DNA from: a virus
Taxonomy: Duplodnaviria; Heunggongvirae; Uroviricota; Caudoviricetes
Direction: 5' to 3' (one strand)
IMG/VR virus record: IMGVR_UViG_2713896773_000013
Length of the DNA stretch: 5,296 nt
Shown here: positions 1 to 5,296 of the stretch, in pieces
Numbering within the stretch: position 1 is the first letter of the stretch
How the letters are laid out: every line of letters begins with the position of its first letter
Program-made: the position numbers and the translations under genes
The notes under the pieces: generated by a model
What the model was told of the DNA's origin: nothing
The model's input: only the letters and a program-made list of their open reading frames with translations
The model's database searches: none

Positions 1-20
1 TGATCCACCGCGCGATAAAT

Positions 21-61
21 AAGCCGCAATCCGTGAGATAAATGGACACGGTGCGGCTTTT
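21..61. terminator. Putative intrinsic terminator hairpin just downstream of the tape-measure gene stop (looks bidirectional)
   Basis: Seen in sequence: AAGCCGCA (21-28), 2-nt bulge, CCGTG (31-35), 11-nt loop, CACGG (47-51), TGCGGCTT (52-59). The + strand continues with TT (T-run 58-61); the minus strand continues with ATTTAT. It lies about 30 nt beyond the TMP stop codon (89-91). Confidence 0.4.
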
Positions 62-88
62 CAGATACTGCAAAGGAATTACAAATTA

Positions 89-2566
89 TCAGTCGTAAGC
101 AACCCGGCGCTTACGGGCAAGAATAGCTTCCAGCGCTCTTTCAATCTCAGGAATGGACAGCTTAAGCGCATTCGCTACATCCGGTGCTGGTGACTTGTTC
201 TTGCCATCAATATAGATATGGTTAATGACGTTAATCCCTGCACCTGCCGGTGAATGTGAATCCCGGCCTCTGGATAAGGTAAGGTCGCCGCGCATATAGC
301 GCTCTAATACGGGTGGTACTTTCGGTACATCCGGCACCATCATATCAGCCAGCCGCGAGGAGGCTTTTAGCGCCAGCGATGCAGACTGACCGATACCAAT
401 CGCCGCCCCTTCTGCGATGTTTGAACCGAAGCCCATAAAGACCCGGCTTGGCGAGTGAATCCCCAGCTTTTCCTTGAACCACCCGCCGACGCTATCGCCC
501 ATCTCGGTAACGGTATTCTTGAGCGACTCCCACTTATTTTTGATACCGTTCACCAGTCCGTCAATCAGGTGACCGCCAAACTCGGTAAACTGGCCGGGAA
601 GGTCGATGTTAAACCACTTCATGACCCCCGCAAACGCCTTGTAGAACAGCCCCAGCGGCGACCAGTTCAGGATTAGCTTACTGACACCAAGAACCCCGCC
701 GTTAAAGGCTGTTTTCACTTCCTCCCACCGCTGCGAGAACCATCGGCTTATCGCGCCCCAGTTGCGGTAAATCAGGTACGCGCCCCCGGCGATGATGGTT
801 ATCGCAATGCCTATGGGGTTCATTAACAGCGCCCTGCCAAACCAGAGGAAAGCCTTTGCCACCACCATTACGCCTCTGAACAGTCCACCCGCCAGCGCTT
901 TACCCAGCATTCCGGCTCCTTTCGCCACGGTACTGAATCCGGTCGCCAGCCAGCGCAGCTTGCCGCCGTCGCTGAGGGCTGTTTTGAGTAACAGCCAGTT
1001 AGTGCGCAGCAGTACGACGTTTTTCCACAACCCGGCGAACGGAGATACCAGCAGGTTAAGACCGAGTTTCAAGCCGACAGTGGCGATTTTCAGCCCCAGC
1101 AATGCGCCCACTGTTTTTGCCACGCCCTGAACAATGCCGGGATGTTGCGCTATCCATTGCCCGGTGGAATGAATCAGCGGAATCAGTTGCTGCGTCATTG
1201 ACACGAACGAGGGAGACAGTTGACTGCCAAGGGTAATGGACAGTTCGCGGGTGCTGACCATCAGTGCTTTGGTCGCCTCCAGCGGCGATTTCAGTCGCTC
1301 CGTGTAGGAGGAGGCCAGCAGGTCTTTATCCGCCGCCTTAAGTGCGCCAGCCCTGATTTCGCGGTATTTGTCCATGTTGGCGAGCATCGGACGGACAAAC
1401 GCCATGACCTGCATATCGGCGAACATCTCACCCAGACCGAAATTCTTTGCCAGTTCCTGTAACGCAAGGTCGCGGGAGTTATCGTCCTTGATTTTCATTG
1501 CTTTCTTGAAGCCTGCCAGTGCTTCCGGGCTTTTGGCCTCCAGATACCTGCCCATGACGCTTATCATGCCCTCAATGGGCGAGACGCCAGCAGATTTATA
1601 AGCCATGAGTGACCCCTGAAGGTCAATCCCGATATCGGCAAACTGTTTCTGCGTGTCGCGGGCAAAAATCTTGGTGAGGAAGTTACGGAAGTTGTTACCA
1701 GCCTCGTCAGATGACCCGGCACCAATTCGGGCAATCTGTAAACTCGCTCCGATTTCCGCCATCGCTTCTTTACCTTCGGCAATACCGCGCATCATCGGGG
1801 CAAGAGATGGCATCCATTTCACCTGGTCAGGTATTTCAAAAGACCCCTGGTCGCCTGCAAAGGCCATGATGTTCTGTACTTTGGCAAACTCTTTAGCGCT
1901 GCCATCCATCGAGTTTTTCCAGACGGCGGCAACCTTCGCCCATTCCGTCCCTGTGGTGCGTGTGGCAGTAGCGGCGCGGGCTATATTGGGCATGAAGCTG
2001 CCAATTTCGGACACACTGTCGATATTGTCACTGATAAGCGAGCCTACGGCGTCCTGTAAGTCGCTCTGGTACTGGTTGTACTTGAGCGACCATCCCCGGA
2101 TTTGCTGCCCCAGACTGGCGCGGGTTTTATCGTCATATTTCGCCGTGATCGACATATCAATCATCTTGTCGTCGAACGTAGCCGACTGCTGAATCGCCGG
2201 GGAAACGAGGCTGTAAGCGGCTTTGGCCTGCGCCCACGTCTCAATTCCCTGTCCATAAAGCGCCATCCGGTTAGCTCTCAGGGCATCGGTTGTGGCAGAC
2301 GCTGCCGACAGGCGGGACTGCTGGCGGTTTAGTTGCTCCAGCGTTCTGCCTACCCGTTGCAGGTCATTGTTCAGGCGTGAGGCCACGCCTGAACCTACCT
2401 GACCGTAACGCTGCATGGCGCGTGACAGGCTGCTTTGTTGCTCGGTCAGGCGGCGTGACGTGTCGCCGAGAGAATCAAGCGCCCGCCGTGTGCCGCTGAC
2501 GGCGGAACGGAAGCTGCTCCCGACAATACCGCCAATCATCACACCAACAGAAAAATTATTGCTCAT
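89..2566 (-). CDS. Phage tail tape-measure protein (myovirus P2 gpT / Mu gp42-like class), 825 aa
   Basis: Uninterrupted 825-codon ORF. ATG at 2566-2564 preceded by GGAG about 7 nt upstream. N-terminus of TMP type (FSVGVMIGGIVGSSF followed by a Q/R/S-rich coiled-coil region). Central Gly/Ala/Leu-rich hydrophobic segments typical of TMPs (for example GALLGLKIATVGLKLGLNLL and NPIGIAITIIAGGAYLIY). GIHSPSRVF-type motif near the C-terminus. Length is in the range of P2 gpT (815 aa) and lambda gpH (853 aa). Confidence 0.85.
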   Translation of the reverse strand: MSNNFSVGVMIGGIVGSSFRSAVSGTRRALDSLGDTSRRLTEQQSSLSRAMQRYGQVGSGVASRLNNDLQRVGRTLEQLNRQQSRLSAASATTDALRANRMALYGQGIETWAQAKAAYSLVSPAIQQSATFDDKMIDMSITAKYDDKTRASLGQQIRGWSLKYNQYQSDLQDAVGSLISDNIDSVSEIGSFMPNIARAATATRTTGTEWAKVAAVWKNSMDGSAKEFAKVQNIMAFAGDQGSFEIPDQVKWMPSLAPMMRGIAEGKEAMAEIGASLQIARIGAGSSDEAGNNFRNFLTKIFARDTQKQFADIGIDLQGSLMAYKSAGVSPIEGMISVMGRYLEAKSPEALAGFKKAMKIKDDNSRDLALQELAKNFGLGEMFADMQVMAFVRPMLANMDKYREIRAGALKAADKDLLASSYTERLKSPLEATKALMVSTRELSITLGSQLSPSFVSMTQQLIPLIHSTGQWIAQHPGIVQGVAKTVGALLGLKIATVGLKLGLNLLVSPFAGLWKNVVLLRTNWLLLKTALSDGGKLRWLATGFSTVAKGAGMLGKALAGGLFRGVMVVAKAFLWFGRALLMNPIGIAITIIAGGAYLIYRNWGAISRWFSQRWEEVKTAFNGGVLGVSKLILNWSPLGLFYKAFAGVMKWFNIDLPGQFTEFGGHLIDGLVNGIKNKWESLKNTVTEMGDSVGGWFKEKLGIHSPSRVFMGFGSNIAEGAAIGIGQSASLALKASSRLADMMVPDVPKVPPVLERYMRGDLTLSRGRDSHSPAGAGINVINHIYIDGKNKSPAPDVANALKLSIPEIERALEAILARKRRVAYD

Positions 2567-2597
2567 GGTTCACTCCGGTTGAGTGGTTCGGTGGGCG

Positions 2598-3191
2598 TCA
2601 TTCAGTCAGGGACAGGCCGCTGATTCCGGTAATCCCGGCAATTTCTTCGCTGACGGCTGCCAGTTCACTTTCAAGCCCGGTGCGTTCGCTGACCAGTGCC
2701 GCCACGGTCTTACGGCGCTCTGCCAGTGAGGGAAGTTTGTCATTACCCCACGTCACGCTCTTATCCTTCTTAAGCGCTTCGGTCAGTCGGGTGGCGACCA
2801 CATCCGGGAAGAAAAAGCAGAGCTTGCGCATTACCGCCATCCCGGTATCAGCCGGGGGGACGTTTCCTCCCAGCCCCACCAGACGGAACAGACCGGAAAT
2901 ATCGCCGTTCTCATTTTCCAGATTGCCCCAGCGTTCGGCGTTCCCTTCACCGCCGGAACCGTTGCAAAGAGCACGCTTGAATGACTGATATTCTTCCTGC
3001 CCGAATCGCTCAATATATTCAGGAATAAAGGAACAGTAATCATTAAGTGATAACGGCATATCCTGTAATGCGGTTATTTCGCCATTAATATCACCAATGC
3101 GACGAGAGAGCTTTTCTTTCTGCTCATTCAGGGAGGTAAGGTTATTTTTAACGGCGTTCAGTGCTTCAATGAGGGAAATAACAGGTTTCAT
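2598..3191 (-). CDS. Hypothetical coiled-coil protein, 197 aa (function unknown; sits where a TMP chaperone would normally be, but does not look like one)
   Basis: ORF with ATG at 3191-3189 and GGAG about 10 nt upstream. Stop is 31 nt upstream of the TMP start; start is 1 nt after the stop of the preceding gene. N-terminal heptad-like segment (LIEALNAVKNNLTSLNEQKEKLSRRIGDINGEITALQD), central Gly-rich region, C-terminal predicted helix (LAERRKTVAALVSERTGLESELAAVSEEIAG). I recognise no family. Confidence 0.6.
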   Translation of the reverse strand: MKPVISLIEALNAVKNNLTSLNEQKEKLSRRIGDINGEITALQDMPLSLNDYCSFIPEYIERFGQEEYQSFKRALCNGSGGEGNAERWGNLENENGDISGLFRLVGLGGNVPPADTGMAVMRKLCFFFPDVVATRLTEALKKDKSVTWGNDKLPSLAERRKTVAALVSERTGLESELAAVSEEIAGITGISGLSLTE

Positions 3192-3192
3192 T

Positions 3193-3807
3193 TTAATAAC
3201 TCCAGATAAAAGGTGTAGTGAGGGTGAGCGCTTCGGAATAGGAGACGTTGCAGGCTTCGCTTACATCCTTTATTAAAAGGTGCTGCGCTGCCCTCTGGCT
3301 GTCGGCTATGCCGTCGAGCTCTGAGAAATAAACGTGTGATTCATTGTGACCAAAACAAACCGGGTAAGCGCTTTCCATAAACTCCACCTGCTCAAGCCCC
3401 TTTACGGCTGGCGGCTGTGCGCCGAGAAAACCAATATGGCGAAGATACCAGGCACCAGTTCCGGCCGGGTTACGCGCTTCTCCCGGCCTGTAGAAAGCGG
3501 CAGACACTTTTTTATATAGACCTGACTGAACCATATCCAGCAACCTGTTATCAGGCTTAACCAGCGCGAAAAGTCTGCCGTTTTTACTTATCAGTCCGGT
3601 GGTTTCACCATAGGCGGGACTGTTACTGGCCGGATGCCCCAGGCACAGCGGCGCACCATAACCCGCGCGATGATAGCCGTTATAGGCTGCTGCCATGTTG
3701 TCGATATCCTCGTCGGAAAAGCTGATTTCCTGCCCCGCCATCGCGGTATGTGTTCCCGCCCGGAATATCTCAATAGTTTTCCAGTTACCAATATTGATAT
3801 CTGTCAT
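3193..3807 (-). CDS. Hypothetical protein, 204 aa, N-terminal half resembling the phage P2 GpO prohead serine-protease domain (MEROPS S73-like); C-terminal 60 aa unrelated
   Basis: ORF with ATG at 3807-3805 and AGGGA about 12 nt upstream, 1 nt after the stop of the Mor-like gene. By-eye alignment to remembered P2 gpO: FRAG...GQEIS..DEDIDNMAAAY versus FRIG...GRVIS..AQDIQEMAETF; CLGH versus INLEH (candidate catalytic His); GRLFALVKPDN..LYKKVS versus GKWALFAKITP..AQKVYTS (candidate catalytic Ser); WYLRHIGFLGAQPPAVKGLEQVEF versus YLVGLAVTDDPASLGTEMLEF. Not verified by any search. Confidence 0.5.
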   Translation of the reverse strand: MTDINIGNWKTIEIFRAGTHTAMAGQEISFSDEDIDNMAAAYNGYHRAGYGAPLCLGHPASNSPAYGETTGLISKNGRLFALVKPDNRLLDMVQSGLYKKVSAAFYRPGEARNPAGTGAWYLRHIGFLGAQPPAVKGLEQVEFMESAYPVCFGHNESHVYFSELDGIADSQRAAQHLLIKDVSEACNVSYSEALTLTTPFIWSY

Positions 3808-3808
3808 T

Positions 3809-4336
3809 TTATATTTGTCCCTGTTTCATATCGCGGCACTCTTTGTTTTTCTTACGCTCGGCGGCAATAATCTGATAAATCCACTGAATAGAATTGCCAT
3901 ATTTCCTGGCTAATTCCCGATGAGTCATCCCTTGTTTGTAATCGGAAAATATCCTGGCATTTCTGTCGAAAGAGTTTCTGGCTGCGCCATTAGGTATATA
4001 GAAATTGTTACCTTTAAAGACCCTTCTAAGGTGTTCTGTAATTTCCGGGGAAATGATTTCGGCCTGAGCCGAAAAGCAATGTATTGTAAGCAAAGCCTGC
4101 GCTATCACACCTGTAAGCTCATGCAGAAAAGATGTTGCTTTAGGGGCGTCTTCACATTCTATTGGCATGTAATTCTGGCAACCACCAAGATTATCAGATA
4201 TATGCAAAACAATTTTATTTGCTGCACTACTTGCCTGAAGTTGTGAATAGCCCGCATCAGTCAGAAAATCTTCAATCGCATCCCCCATTTCCCCCAGAGT
4301 GTCAGATGTTGCGTACAATCCCTCTCTTGTAATCAT
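3809..4336 (-). CDS. Mor/C-family (phage Mu late-gene activator-like) transcriptional regulator with an N-terminal extension, about 175 aa
   Basis: C-terminal region KGNNFYIPNGAARNSFDRNARIFSDYKQGMTHRELARKYGNSIQWIYQIIAAERKK matches the Mor-family signature (GG.Q.YIP....R..RN..I...F.G.....LA..YG.......Y..I) ending in an HTH. Start placed at ATG 4336-4334, which has GAGG 7 nt upstream; the ORF track's in-frame GTG at 4342 has only 1-nt spacing. The gene is clearly AT-richer than the downstream genes. Confidence 0.65.
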   Translation of the reverse strand: MITREGLYATSDTLGEMGDAIEDFLTDAGYSQLQASSAANKIVLHISDNLGGCQNYMPIECEDAPKATSFLHELTGVIAQALLTIHCFSAQAEIISPEITEHLRRVFKGNNFYIPNGAARNSFDRNARIFSDYKQGMTHRELARKYGNSIQWIYQIIAAERKKNKECRDMKQGQI

Positions 4337-4344
4337 AATCACAC

Positions 4345-4393
4345 CTCGGTAATGATAAAGATGTGCGCTAAAAAGGCTTTATAAAGCTTTATG
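4345..4393 (-). promoter_or_regulatory. Candidate activator-dependent promoter with dyad-symmetric operator upstream of the Mor-like gene
   Basis: Minus-strand TATCAT (+ strand 4352-4357) is a 5/6 match to the -10 consensus, with no convincing -35 hexamer. Two overlapping perfect 12-bp palindromes, GCTTTATAAAGC (4376-4387) and ATAAAGCTTTAT (4381-4392), containing TAAAGC direct repeats at 10-bp spacing, are centred roughly 37-42 bp upstream of the predicted start site. Confidence 0.35.
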
Positions 4394-4537
4394 AGGCGTC
4401 TTTCTGGTGACAAATCAGCACATACACCATTAACGCTTTAAAATGGCTTACAGGCTTTTTTAGCGCGGGTTACTAATGTGGATTAAGAATATGGTTTTGG
4501 GGCGGGGATGTTTTTTAATGTACTTTAGATATGAAGA

Positions 4538-4559
4538 AGCCCCTCAGAGGAGGGGCTTG
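4538..4559 (-). terminator. Putative intrinsic terminator after the 96-aa gene
   Basis: Perfect 9-bp GC-rich stem AAGCCCCTC / GAGGGGCTT with a 4-nt loop, 16 nt after the TAA stop (4575-4577). Followed on the minus strand by a T-containing but imperfect tract, CTTCATATCT. Confidence 0.45.
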
Positions 4560-4574
4560 CGGGATTACGCCAGA

Positions 4575-4865
4575 TTATTGAGGTCGTCTGTCTTTCCTCA
4601 ATCCATCAAGTAGCGCCATGGCATCAGTAACCAGTATGCCAGCAGCATCCGTAACCATCGAAACATCAGAGGATGCACATGATTTATCCATACCTAATGT
4701 TGACGCAAAATCAAGTAGCTTACGAACTGCGTCAAGTCGATAGGTGGCAGAGTCGTAAATTAACTCCTGATTAGCATCAGTCTTTAAAAACATAATATCA
4801 TCAGAGGCACCTTGTGAAAATGACGGCATCGCACGGAAAGTATTTTGAGTTTCAGCCTGTTTCAT
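4575..4865 (-). CDS. Hypothetical protein, 96 aa (unknown function)
   Basis: ORF with ATG at 4865-4863 and GGAGGG about 9 nt upstream. Its start overlaps the stop of the upstream ORF in an ATGA arrangement (4862-4865). AT-rich composition. No recognisable motif. Confidence 0.5.
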   Translation of the reverse strand: MKQAETQNTFRAMPSFSQGASDDIMFLKTDANQELIYDSATYRLDAVRKLLDFASTLGMDKSCASSDVSMVTDAAGILVTDAMALLDGLRKDRRPQ

Positions 4866-5296
4866 TGTGCAGCCCTCCGGCTAATAGCGAATTTATTATA
4901 AACTTCATAACTGGCAGCATTCAGTCCGGGGTTGTATTTATCAGCCAGAGCACAGGCAATCATATGTTCAATAAATTTTGTTATTGCGTTAAGTTCGGTT
5001 TCGTCTGAATAACGCAATGCCACTTTGAGTAACTCGCGGCAATATTGCTTTTTATTCTCTTCGATTTGGCCTGATTGTTTTATTCCTGCCTTTTTATCTA
5101 ACTCGTCCTCAACAGGCAAAGATGAGATATCCTCTTTATTGGTTAGCGTTCTTTCGCAAATAATATCTTCACCAGATTGAATTACGCGCTGCAACTCTCT
5201 GGCGCTCATGCGAAGAATATCATCAAGCGTGTGGTCGTTATATGCCCCACCACTGGCAAGGAGATCCAGTGTCACTTCATCCAGCCGGGCAAGCAG
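4862..5296 (-). CDS. Hypothetical protein, 5'-truncated by the window edge (at least 144 aa visible)
   Basis: The reading frame stays open from the stop at 4862-4864 up to position 5296. The start at 5275 given in the ORF track is a GTG, and the frame continues open upstream of it, so the true start probably lies outside the window. Acidic, Lys/Glu-rich central stretch; no family recognised. Confidence 0.45.
   Translation of the reverse strand: MLARLDEVTLDLLASGGAYNDHTLDDILRMSARELQRVIQSGEDIICERTLTNKEDISSLPVEDELDKKAGIKQSGQIEENKKQYCRELLKVALRYSDETELNAITKFIEHMIACALADKYNPGLNAASYEVYNKFAISRRAAQ

Noticed and set aside
1564-1782. 72-aa minus-strand ORF in an alternative frame inside the tape-measure gene
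   Set aside because: Fully embedded out of frame in the TMP ORF; Arg/Pro-rich, low-complexity translation; no independent support.
455-2499. Plus-strand ORFs inside the tape-measure gene (455-676, 792-1130, 1220-1462, 1368-1601, 1653-2192, 2102-2332, 2290-2499)
   Set aside because: All lie antisense within the long, well-supported 825-aa minus-strand ORF. They lack convincing RBS and start context and have odd compositions (Pro/Arg/Ser-rich), typical of shadow ORFs in GC-rich coding DNA.
2598-2700. Possible -1 programmed frameshift of a chaperone into the TMP-proximal region (E/E' or G/GT style)
   Set aside because: No canonical slippery heptamer was found near the 3' end of the 197-aa gene, and no overlapping downstream ORF in the -1 frame runs into the TMP start.
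2680-3043. Plus-strand ORF 2680-2988 and minus-strand alternative-frame ORF 2831-3043 within the 197-aa gene
   Set aside because: Embedded in or antisense to the better-supported 197-aa ORF, which has a proper RBS and tight operon spacing; there is no slippery site that would link the alternative frame by frameshifting.
3591-4246. ORFs 3591-3791 (minus, alternative frame), 3634-3870 (+), 3695-3913 (+) and 3920-4246 (+) overlapping the protease-like and Mor-like genes
   Set aside because: They overlap the minus-strand genes that carry recognisable motifs, RBSs and tight coupling; their translations are low-complexity or hydrophobic with no motif support.
4450-4530. Possible small RNA or second hairpin in the G-rich / T-run stretch (GGGGCGGGGATGTTTTTT) of the intergenic region
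   Set aside because: No convincing inverted repeat pairs with the T-run on either strand; it is more simply AT-rich promoter-proximal spacer.
4814-5008. Plus-strand 64-aa ORF spanning the junction of the two upstream genes
   Set aside because: Antisense to the translationally coupled minus-strand pair; no RBS; likely spurious.
1-5296. CRISPR array, tRNA, rRNA, IS element or integrase
   Set aside because: No spaced direct repeats, no tRNA-like cloverleaf candidates, no long terminal inverted repeats and no transposase or integrase-like ORFs were seen anywhere in the window.

Overview
All supportable genes are on the minus strand and fall into two compositional blocks. The GC-richer block (about 89-3807) holds an 825-aa phage tail tape-measure protein (TMP) gene, preceded by two tightly coupled genes: a 204-aa protein whose N-terminal half resembles the P2 GpO prohead serine-protease domain, and a 197-aa coiled-coil protein of unknown function. 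The AT-richer block (about 3809-5296) holds a Mor/C-family late-activator-like gene translationally coupled to the 204-aa gene, a 232-bp regulatory intergenic region with a GC-rich terminator hairpin and a dyad-symmetric operator-like element, and an ATGA-overlapping gene pair (96 aa plus a 5'-truncated ORF of at least 144 aa) of unknown function. I read this as a prophage or phage-derived region. The most unusual feature is the cassette Mor-like regulator -> GpO-like protease domain -> coiled-coil protein -> tape measure, with terminator-like hairpins on both sides; this is not the tube/chaperone/TMP/baseplate order of P2-, Mu- or lambda-like tail modules. All homology statements come from reading the translations by eye against remembered sequences; no database search was run, so they are hypotheses. 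No rRNA, tRNA, CRISPR array or transposase/IS element was detected.
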